Origin: Macrostomum hystrix
Taxonomy: Eukaryota > Animalia > Platyhelminthes
Direction of reading: 5' to 3'
NCBI GenBank assembly: GCA_950097015.1
Contig: CATNEN010000039.1
Span: 9,982,001 to 10,046,000, forward strand
DNA: 64,000 bases
Part shown: piece after piece, positions 36,255-47,144 of the stretch
Layout: each line of letters opens with the position of its first letter
Position numbering within the stretch: the stretch's first letter is position 1
Program-made: the position numbers and the translations under genes
The notes under the pieces: model-generated
What the model was told of the DNA's origin: nothing
The model's input: only the letters and a program-made list of their open reading frames with translations
The model's database searches: none

Positions 36255-39200
36255 ATAACATCTCCTAGCTTGACAACATCTCCTATAATGACAGCATCAC
36301 CAAGAGTGACAAAGTCTACTAGAGTGACAACATCTCCTAGAGTGACAATATCTCCTAGAGTGACAATATCTCCTAGAGTGACAACAGCTTCTTGAGTGAC
36401 AACATCTCCTATAATGACAACATCACCAAGAGTGACAAAGTCTACTAGAGTGACAACATCTCCTAGAGTGACAATATCTCCTAGAGTGACAATATCTCCT
36501 AGAGTGACAACAGCTTCTTGAGTGACAACATCTCCTATAATGACAACATCACCAAGAGTGACAAAGTCTACTAGAGTGACAACATCTCCTAGAGTGACAA
36601 CATCTCCTATAATGACAACATCACCTAGAGTGACAAAGTCTACTAGAGTGACAACATCTCCTAGAGTGACAACATCTTCTTGAGTGACAACATCTCCTAT
36701 AATGACAACATCACCAAGAGTGACAAAGTCTACTAGAGTGACAACATCTCCTAGAGTGACAATATCTCCTAGAGTGACAATATCTCCTAGAGTGACAACA
36801 TCTCCTAGAGTGACAATATCTCCTAGAGTGACAACAGCTTCTTGAGTGACAACATCTCCTATAATGACAACATCACCAAGAGTGACAAAGTCTACTAGAG
36901 TGACAACATCTCCTAGATTGACAACATCTCTTGTGACAACATCTCCTAAAGTGACAACATCTTCTAGAGTGACAACATCTTCTAGAGTGACAACATCACC
37001 AAGAGTGACAACATCTCCTAGAGTGACAACATCTCCTATAATGACAACATCACCTAGAGTGACAAAGTCTACTAGAGTGACAACATCTCCTAGAGTGACA
37101 ACATCTTATTGAGTGACAACATCTCCTATAATGACAACATCACCAAGAGTGACAAAGTCTACTAGAGTGACAACATCTCCTAGAGTGACAATATCTCCTA
37201 GAGTGACAATATCTCCTAGAGTGACAACATCTCCTAGAGTGACAATATCTCCTAGAGTGACAACAGCTTCTTGAGTGACAACATCTCCTATAATGACAAC
37301 ATCACCAAGAGTGACAAAGTCTACTAGAGTGACAACATCTCCTAGATTGACAACATCTCTTGTGACAACATCTCCTAAAGTGACAACATCTTCTAGAGTG
37401 ACAACATCACCAAGAGTGACAACATCTCCTAGAGTGACAACATCTCCTATAATGACAACATCACCTAGAGTGACAAAGTCTACTAGAGTGACAACATCTC
37501 CTAGAGTGACAACATCTTCTTGAGTGACAACATCTCCTATAATGACAACATCACCAAGAGTGACAATGTCTACTAGAGTGACAACATCTCCTAGAGTGAC
37601 AATATCTCCTAGAGTGACAATATCTCCTAGAGTGACAACATCTCCTAGAGTGACAACAGCTTCTTGAGTGACAACATCTCCTATAATGACAACATCACCA
37701 AGAGTGACAAAGTCTACTAGAGTGACAACATCTCCTAGAGTGACAACATCTTATTGAGTGACAACATCTTCTAGAATGACGACATCTCCTAGAGTGACAA
37801 TATCTCCTAGAGTGACAATATCTCCTAGAGTGACAACATCTCCTACAGTGACAATATCTCCTAGAGTGACAACAGCTTCTTGAGTGACAACATCTCCTAT
37901 AATGACAACATCACCAAGAGTGACAAAGTCTACTAGAGTGACAATATCTCCTAGAGTGACAACATCTTCTTGAGTGACAACATCTTCTTGAGTGACAACA
38001 TCTTCTAGAATGACAACATCTCCTAGAGTGACAATATCTCCTAGAGTGACGACATCTCCTAGAGTGACAATATCTTCTTGAGTGACAACATCTTCTAGAA
38101 TGACGACATCTCCTAGAGTGACAATATCTCCTAGAGTGACAACATCTCCTAGAGTGACAACATCTCCTAGAGTGACAATATCTCCTAGAGTGACAATATC
38201 TCCTAGAGTGACAACATCTCCTAGAGTGACAATATCTCCTAGAGTGACAACAGCTTCTTGAGTGACAACATCTCCTATAATGACAACATCACCAAGAGTG
38301 ACAAAGTCTACTAGAGTGACAACATCTCCTAGATTGACAACATCTCTTGTGACAACATCTCCTAGAGTGACAACATCTTCTAGAGTGACAACATCACCAA
38401 GAGTGACAACATCTCCTAGAGTGACAACATCTCCTATAATGACAACATCACCAAGAGTGACAAAGTCTACTAGAGTGACAACATCTCCTAGAGTGACAAC
38501 ATCTTCTTGAGTGACAACATCTCCTATAATGACAACATCACCAAGAGTGACAAAGTCTACTAGAGTGACAACATCTCCTAGAGTGACAACATCTTCTTGA
38601 GTGACAATATCTTCTAGAATGACGACATCTCCTAGAGTGACAACATCTCCTAGAGTGACAACATCTCCTAGAGTGACAACATCTTCTTGAGTGACAATAT
38701 CTTCTAGAATGACGACATCTACTAGAGTGACAACATCTCCTAGAGTGACAACATCTTCTTGAGTGACAACATCTCCTATAATGACAACATCACCAAGAGT
38801 GACAAAGTCTACTAGAGTGACAACATCTCCTAGAGTGACAACATCTTCTTGAGTGACAATATCTTCTAGAATGACGACATCTCCTAGAGTGACAACATCT
38901 CCTAGAGTGACAACATCTCCTAGAGTGACAACATCTTCTTGAGTGACAATATCTTCTAGAATGACGACATCTCCTAGAGTGACAACATCTCCTAGAGTGA
39001 CAACATCTTCTTGAGTGACAACATCTTCTAGAATGACGACATCTCCTAGAGTGACAATATCTCCTAGAGTGACAATATCTCCTAGAGTGACAACATCTCC
39101 TACAGTGACAATATCTCCTAGAGTGACAACATCTCCTAGAGTGACAACATCTCCTATAATGACAACATCACCAAGAGTGACAACATCTCCTAGAGTGACA

Positions 39201-39348
39201 ACAGCTTCTTGAGTGACAACATCTTCTAGAATGACAATACATCTCCTAGAGTGACAACAGCTTCTTGAGTGACAACATCTTCTAGAATGACAATACATCT
39301 CCTAGAGTGACAACATCTCCTAGAATGACAACATGTCCTAGAGTGACT
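36255..39348. repeat. 18-bp satellite (GAGTGACAACATCTCCTA)n
   Basis: About 3.1 kb with recurring variant strings, e.g. blocks at 36846, 37275 and 38262. Confidence 0.98.
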
Positions 39349-39785
39349 CTCCCTCCATGTCCTTCCGAATAACATTTCGAAGCTAAAAAGCCTATATAGT
39401 CTATAAAGCCAGCTTGTGTAACAATGGAGACAAAAGTGGAAATTATTTACAATGCATTGTGTTTGTTAACAACAGGGCTCTAGCTGCGGAAAATGTCGAT
39501 TTTTATTTCTTTCTGAAAAGCTTAACAAACTCTGGTTAACATGTTAACCAGACCAGAAACAACTGTTTCACCATTTTCGATTTTCAACAACACAGAATCG
39601 CAAATAACAGGTGTCAATCATTGGCAAGCCGAACTTGGGGAGGCTCTGTATATGAGGGCAGTCGGTTTGTTTGATTTTCAGTCTTTCTAGAATAATTAGC
39701 CAAATCCCTAGATCATTGCAGTCAGCTTTAGATGCTGTCAAATAAACTGGCGTTAAACTCGCGACATTCCGATCAAGATCAGGAG

Positions 39786-40408
39786 TCACCCGATTGGGCA
39801 GGAGAAACGGCCCATGCGACATCGCTTAGCAACTGTTGCTAGGGCATCCGACGACGACTTCTCAGCCTCCGCCATCGCCTCGGTGGCCTCGCGCAGCTCC
39901 TTGGCGAGTCGCGTCAGACGCCGAAGACGGCGCCGGTGATTGTCGAGAATCAGCCGCGACAGCTGCCTGGAGCTGCTGGCCACTCGATCTGTTGATTTAT
40001 TTAAATTGGCATTTAACCCGGAAATTATGCACGAATTGGTGCTTTAATCACGATAATTAGAAAACTGCCTGGTAGAAATATCCTTGTACTTGCATTTTCT
40101 GATTGTACTCAAATCTACTACTCACCGTACTCAAAACTGGTCACCAACTTGCTCAAACTACTCACCGTACTCAAAACTGGTCACCAACGTGCTCAAATCT
40201 ACTCACCGTACTCAAAACTGGTCACCAACGTACTCAAACTACTCACCGTACTCAAAACTGGTCAACGTACTCAAATCTACTCACCGTACTCAGCTGGCCA
40301 GGCCTCGTCGAATTCAACTCCAGTAGTCTCAGCGCTTATCGTTGGCAGACCGATTTGCAGGACGGCGAGCGCGATGGTTGCCATGACAACGCTTGAACTC
40401 AGATGCAT
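39786..40408 (-). CDS. Putative neuropeptide precursor (108 aa) ending KR-CRMGRFSCPIG
   Basis: Exons 40408-40285 and 39988-39786, phase-1 intron G|GTGAGT...CAACAG|AT. Signal-like MHLSSSVVMATIALAVLQIGLPTISA, charged spacer, dibasic KR, Cys-x6-Cys peptide, terminal Gly, stop. Confidence 0.7.
40105..40292. repeat. About 40-bp tandem repeat containing the exon-1 splice donor
   Basis: Five copies of TACTCACCGTACTCA (minus strand TGAGTACG|GTGAGTA). The copy at about 40278-40292 is the actual exon/intron junction. Confidence 0.88.
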
Positions 40409-41207
40409 TGCGTTGAAATTAAAGTTAATAAAGCGGTTAATTATTGCCGTGGATTCAGTCTCGAGTCGCGCACTCACAGAGCTCTGAGCTCTCGGTAATT
40501 GTTTTTTGCAATCGGGCTGGCCGGGCGGTGGGTTGAGGCTGGCGAGTCCTTGCCGTGCAGTGAGCAGTGCTGCCTTGCTGCGCCAAATTTGGGATTTTTA
40601 TGCAACTCAAATCCCCAGAATCTCCAGACTATCTTGTTTGCTATTGGCTGACAAATCAGAACGCTTGCATTGAAACAATTAAAGGGTAGATATTTTACAA
40701 ATATACTAACAAAGCCTGCAAAAAACTACAACAGGCTTTTAAAATTTAACTAGAAGTGAAATAGAGAAAACAACTGTTCTCTGGAGTGCTGTTTTTGATG
40801 GAATAAAGGATTTGGAATATGGGAAGAGGATATGGAAAAGGATGCCAAGAAGCGGTGATTGGTAAGAGGAGACTGGGAATTGGAGATGGAAAAGATGACT
40901 AGATGAAATTGGAAATTGGAAGAACACAGAGATTTAGTGTAGGTAATAACAGCAGGTTAGCTTGCAGTTTGCGGTTACCATCGTATGTAAATTTATGATT
41001 TTCTGCTGCGGAGTGTTTGGCTGCATGGCACTTGACTGGAAGCATTTAATGTACTGCAGCATTTATTGGTCAGTAGGCTGTGAAGCAACACCCACGCCAG
41101 CACTAAGTGACCCTTTATGCTCCTAAAGCAATAATATATTATTACACAGGCTTGTCCGGTGATTTGCTACCTGTAAAGACCTCAAGGTTGTTGTCACCTA
41201 GAGGTTG

Positions 41208-41490
41208 TAGCCTAGGACTCCCGACTTGAAGGTCGTGGGTTCGACCCTTCACTCCACTGGAACAATTTGTGTTCTTTAGCAAGACACTTAACTCTGCATT
41301 GCTTCAGTTCACCCAGCTGTTAAATGGGTACCAGCGATAGCTGGGATAATTGAGGGTGGGTGTGGCGCCCCCCAGTCCATGGACTGAACAGCCGTATGCA
41401 GTCTTCGGATGCGCCGCGCAATAGCTGCGGCTGTGCTGTCAGCTGCACATCTGGTCCAATTGGGGCAGGTGTAATCAATTATTACTATTA
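41208..41490 (+). mobile_element. tRNA-derived CORE-SINE, family A, copy 2
   Basis: GGTTCGACCC B box plus the same CORE-like and 3' sequence as the 17215 copy, with an (ATT)n-like tail. Confidence 0.82.
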
Positions 41491-41891
41491 ACTATTTTAT
41501 TATTATTCCTGTAAAAGTACATCGCCATTTCGCATCAAAAGCAGGTGAAAATGAAAAAAACTATTTTTTAAAGACCTTATAAATTAGCCTCAATAGAACT
41601 AGGGGTGATTCAGAGTGGTGAATCAAAAGTGGTCGGGTGGTCGATTGGTTGGCAAAATGCGAGAGCCAAAAAATATCTCCGCTAATAATTTCTTGGAAAA
41701 AGCTTCGCGTTTAATCTGCTTAAAAGTTGCCCCAGGTGCTGAAATCAATCAATGGCTCAAAAAAGGAGAGGGGATAATTGGGTTTGGGATGCCAAACATG
41801 ATTGCTCACAGGACCTTTGAACTTGACATTGCTTGTTAGCGAGATAGAGCTGTCTTTCGTAAGTTAGAGTGTGGTGCTAGGGAAGATAGCT

Positions 41892-42200
41892 AGAGAAGAA
41901 GAAAGAGAAGGGAAGGGACGGAAGGAAAAAAGAAAGGGAAGAAAGAGAAGAAATAGAAGAAAGGGAAGAAAGGGAAGAAACAGAAGAAAGGGAAGAAAGG
42001 GAAGAAAGGGAAGAAAGAGAAGAAATAGAAGAAAGAGAAGACAGGGAAGAAAGAGAAAAAAAGGGAAGAAAGAGAAAAAGGGAAGAAAGAGAAAAAAGGG
42101 AAGAAAGGGAAGAAAGAGAAAAAAGGGAGAAGAGAAAAAAGGGAAGACAGAGAAGAAGGGGAAAAAAGAAAAGGAACGGAAGGTGGGGAAAGAAGAAAAT
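41892..42200. repeat. Polypurine (A/G) low-complexity tract
   Basis: About 310 bp almost entirely A/G with a 9-bp AAGGGAAGA periodicity. Confidence 0.9.
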
Positions 42201-42694
42201 TAAGAGTGGAAATCACTAAAATTTAGGGCAAAAATCGAGAGCTGGAGGAAGGAAAGCCGATGCAAATGGATAGGAAGCAGCAATAAATGGGCATTAGAGG
42301 CAGTGCAGAGAAGAACGATGAGGTGGAAATGTGGGGCAGATAGGCAGAATGGGGGGTGAGTGGAGCCATCTGGTCTATGTACATTCACAGACCGAATGGC
42401 TAATGGGCTGGCATTGAGTCATGGCAACTAGACTCAGAATTTCACAGTCGCTAAGGCATGCTATCATCCAGCTCTGCGGCCCATCAGAAATTCCACAAGT
42501 GAACCCCGATCACTAATCTGATAATCTGCTTGCATTTTAAATTTGGCTGGCCTTGATTTCACTGAGACTGGTGTCGGGACCTGCGCTCTGTTGCTCGTCT
42601 TAGAAGCATATTTCATACGGGCATAAACCAGACTGGTGCATTTATATTTCTTTTGACAATGCAGCCTGAATTTTAACTTTCCTGCCTAGACAAG

Positions 42695-44458
42695 AGGTTT
42701 GTCTTGTGAGGTATTGCTGTGAGGTGTGTCTTGTGAGGTATTGCTGTGAGGTTTGTCTTGTGAGGTATTGCTGTGAGGTGTGTCTTGTGAGGTATTGCTG
42801 TGAGGTGTGTCTTGTGAGGTGTGTCTTGTGAGGTATTGCTGTGAGGTGTGTCTTGTGAGGTATTGCTGTGAGGTGTGTCTTGTGAGGTATTGCTGTGAGG
42901 TGTGTCTTGTGAGGTATTGCTGTGAGGTGTGTCCTGTGAGGTATTGCTGTGAGGTGTGTCTTGTGAGGTATTGCTGTGAGGTGTGTCTTGTGAGGTATTG
43001 CTGTGACGTGTGTCTTGTCGGGTATTGCTGTGAGGTGTGTCTTGTGAGGTATTGCTGTGAGGTGTGTCCTGTGAGGTATTGCTGTGATGTGTGTCTTGTG
43101 AGGTATTGCTGTGATGTATGTCTTGTGAGGTGTGTCTTGTGAAGATTGCTGTAAGGTGTGTCTTGTGAGGTATTGCTGTGAGGTGTGTCTTGTGAGGTAT
43201 TGCTGTGAGGTGTGTCTTGTGAGGTATTGCTGTGAGGTGTGTCTTGTGAGGTATTGCTGTGAGGTGTGTCTTGTGAGACATTGCTGTGAGGTGTGTCCTG
43301 TGAGGTATTGCTGTGATGTGTGTCTTGTGAGGTATTGCTGTGATGTATGTCTTGTGAGGTGTGTCTTGTGAAGATTGCTGTAAGGTGTGTCTTGTGAGGT
43401 ATTGCTGTGAGGTGTGTCTTGTGAGGTATTGCTGTGAGGTGTGTCTTGTGAGGTATTGCTGTGAGGTGTGTCTTGTGAGGTATTGCCGTAAGGTGTGTCT
43501 TGTGAGGTATTGCTGTGAGGTGTGTCTTGTGAGGTGTGTCTTGTGAGGTATTGCTGTAAGGTGTGTCTTGTGAGGTATTGCTGTGAGGTGTGTCCTGTGA
43601 GGTATTGCTGTGAGGTGTGTCTTGTGAGGTATTGCTGTGAGGTGTGTCTTGTGAGGTATTGCTGTGAGGTGTGTCTTGTGAGGTATTGCTGTGAGGTGTG
43701 TCTTGTGAGGTATTGCTGTGAGGTGTGTCTTGTGAGGTGTGTCTTGTGAGGTATTGCTGTAAGGTGTGTCTTGTGAGGTATTGCTGTGAGGTGTGTCTTG
43801 TGAGGTATTGCTGTGAGGTGTGTCTTGTGAGGTATTGCTGTAAGGTGTGTCTTGTGAGGTATTGCTGTGAGGTGTGTCCTGTGAGGTATTGCTGTGAGGT
43901 GTGTCTTGTGAGGTATTGCTGTGAGGTGTGTCTTGTGAGGTATTGCTGTGAGGTGTGTCTTGTGAGGTATTGCTGTGAGGTGTGTCCTGTGAGGTATTGC
44001 TGTGAGGTGTGTCTTGTGAGGTATTGCTGTGAGGTGTGTCTTGTGAGGTATTGCTGTGACGTGTGTCTTGTCGGGTATTGCTGTGAGGTGTGTCTTGTGA
44101 GGTATTGCTGTGAGGTGTGTCTTGTGAGGTATTGCTGTGAGGTGTGTCTTGTGAGGTATTGCTGTGAGGTGTGTCTTGTGAGGTATTGCTGTGAGGTGTG
44201 TCTTGTGAGGTATTGCTGTGACGTGTGTCTTGTCGGGTATTGCTGTGAGGTGTGTCTTCTGAGGTGTGTCTTGTGAGGTGTTTCTTGTGAGGTATTGCTG
44301 TGAGGTGTGTCTTGTGAGGTATTGCTGTGAGGTGTGTCTTGTGAGGTATTGCTGTGAGGTGTGTCTTGTGAGGTATTGCTGTGAGGTGTCTTGTGAGGTA
44401 GAGCTGTGAGCTGTGTCTTGTGAGGTATAGCTGTGAGCTGTGTCTTGTGAGGTAGAGC
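42695..44458. repeat. 27-bp minisatellite (GAGGTGTGTCTTGTGAGGTATTGCTGT)n
   Basis: About 65 units, with occasional half-units. Confidence 0.97.
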
Positions 44459-45337
44459 TAGAGCAGTACACACACCAGAATTTCTACCCCACCTTTATGC
44501 TGTAGATATATGGTTTCGGTTCATTGCGTGCTTCTGATATCAGAAAATGTTTCTTGAACATTACAGCACTGAACAGCAGATTTCAAATAACAAAAAGCAG
44601 GCAATGCAGATTGCTGAAATGCTGAAATGCCTTTCAGATTGCCAACTGATCACGATCTAAATCCGGATCCCATTGCAAGAGCAAACATTGTTTAACGGCA
44701 ATGAGGCAGCTCTGAGGTGCGTCTGATGTGGGACCACGTTGTAGTCCACGCTGGTGGTATAACATCTAGGCCGTGTTTCTCAAAAGCACTTCCATGCAAT
44801 TCCCATTTCAATTGAGGGACATTGCGGTGCGAGTCGCTAATATATATAATCCTCCTCAATACACAAATAGTCATTTTTTCTCTACTCAACGGCATTGAGA
44901 ATTAAACATTTTCCGTGCCTGGCCTGCAGTCTATTCAATTAGCCGAAAAATGCAATTTAAAATACTAAAATGAAAGGAGCTTGCGCATATCGCTAGAAAA
45001 TTAGCCACACGTTGCTGAGGCACTTAAAAGCCTTGTAGAATTTTTTGGACAAAATCCTTAATTTAACATGGCCTATCATTGCGGCTTAATGTACTTTCCA
45101 ATCTTCGGTGCCAATAGGCGACATGGTGTCACTGGTGTCACCAAGACCTTTTGGGAGCCATTGGGAGTTTCTGAAATAACCCCGTGGTCTTTCTACTTTA
45201 AAAAAGAGCCCAAGTGCCTGGCAGAGTGAATAGCGGGCCGGGTTCGAATCGAGAGCAGAACGAATAGTAAAAAGAAAAACTTTTTTTAGAAAAACAAAGA
45301 AATACAGCGAAAAATAGCGATATATGGAGAATTGAAG

Positions 45338-46618
45338 GTAGGGAGGATGGGATGAAGGGAGGATGGGATGAAGGGAGTATGGGATGAAGGGAGGATGGGA
45401 TGAAGGGAGGATGGGATGAAGGGAGGATGGGATGAAGGGAGGATGGGATGAAGGGAGGATTGGATGAAGGGAGGATGGGATGAAGGGAGGATGGGATGAA
45501 GGGAGTATGGGATGAAGGGAGGATGGGATGAAGGGAGGATGGGATGAAGGGAGTATGGGATGAAGGGAGGATTGGATGAAGGGAGGATGGGATGAAGGGA
45601 GGATGGGATGAAGGGAGTATGGGATGAAGGGAGGATGGGATGAAGGGATGATGGGATGAAGGGAGGATGGAATGTCGGGAGGATCGAGTGTAGGGAGGAT
45701 GGAGTGTAGGGAGGATGGAATGTAGAGAGAATGGATTGTAGGGAGGATGGAATGTACGGAGGATAGAGTGTAGGGAGGATGGAGTGTAGGGAGGATGGAG
45801 TGTAAGAAGGATGGAATGTAGGGAGCATGGAATGTAGGGAGGATGGAATGTAGGGAGGATAGAATGTATGGAGGATAGAATGTAGGGAGGATAGAATGTA
45901 TGGAGGATAGAATGTAGGGAGGATAGAATGTAGGGAGGATAGAATGTATGGAGGATGGAATGTATGGAGGATAGAATGTATGGAGGATAGAATGTATGGA
46001 GGATGGAATGTCGGAAGCATCGAGTGTAGGGAGGATAGAATGTAGGGAGGATAGAATGTAGGGAGGATAGAATGTAGGGAGGATAGAATGTATGGAGGAT
46101 AGAATGTATGGAGGATAGAATGTAGGGAGGATAGAATGTATGGAGGATAGAATGTAGGGAGGATGGAATGTAGGGAGGATAGAATGTATGGAGGATAGAA
46201 TGTAGGGAGGATGGAATGTAGGGAGGATAGAATGTAGGGAGGATAGAATGTAGGGAGGATAGAATGTATGGAGGATGGAATGTAGGGAGGATAGAATGTA
46301 GGGAGGATAGAATGTAGGGAGGATAGAATGTAGGGAGGATAGAATGTAGGGAGGATGGAGTGTAGGGAGGATAGAATGTAGGGAGGATGGAGTGTAGGGA
46401 GGATGGAGTGTAGGGAGGATGGAATGTAGGGAGGATAGAATATAGAGAGAAAATGGAATGTAGGGAGGATAGAATGTAGGGAGGATAGAATGTAGGGAGG
46501 ATAGAATGTAGGGAGGATAGAATGTAGGGAGGATAGAATGTAGGGAGGATAGAATGTAGGGAGGATGGAATGAAAGGGGGGATAGAATATAGAGAGAAAA
46601 TGGAATGTAGGGAGGATG
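45338..46618. repeat. 16-bp purine-rich minisatellite, two subtypes
   Basis: (GGGATGAAGGGAGGAT)n to about 45670, then (AGAATGTAGGGAGGAT)n. Confidence 0.95.
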
Positions 46619-47144
46619 CAAAACATGCATCTGTGCCTTTGCAGACATTTTTTCTGACATGAAATGTCTCCTCAATCAGTAATTTGGCATTATGTAATGT
46701 GATTTCTGAAATTTGATACAATTTTTAAGAAACAATAAGAAAAGTAGCAAGAATGTAAATTCATCAACTTAATTGCACTCGTTTGTTCTCGATGTTGCTG
46801 GTTGTATAAATATTAAAATATACTGGAATATATTATAGTAATGCTTAATACATCTAAGGTCGTGACATTGACTTGAATAACTCATATATATTTTACCTGA
46901 ACTTATAGATAGAATCACAGATCACAGAAGGAGATAATAAAAACCTCGTTAATAAATTTAGAACAGAGATAAACGGCGATTTCGAAAATGTGGCTTCACA
47001 AATTAACAGAGAGTTAAGATCCGCACAAAGAGTAATTGCTCGTTCGCAGGAAAAACCCAATTAGAAACCTTTAAGGCCTAGGATTCACTTTACTGCGACT
47101 TTGGGAAAAAGAATTTCAGTTATCAACGAGTCTGACCCAGCACA

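Noticed and set aside
31521-39298. Many ORFs up to 543 aa, including a mucin-like VTTSPR frame
   Set aside because: Satellite translations. The mucin-like frame is broken by frequent stops and lacks splice or signal context.
41871-42216. Lys/Arg-rich protamine-like ORF and Phe-rich antisense ORF
   Set aside because: Products of a polypurine low-complexity tract with no ATG start.
45205-45265. B-box GGTTCGAATC suggesting a tRNA gene
   Set aside because: No cloverleaf stems could be formed. The other B boxes in the window belong to SINE heads, so no tRNA genes are called.
42642-46721. ORFs of 446-609 aa
   Set aside because: Translations of the 27-bp and 16-bp minisatellites.
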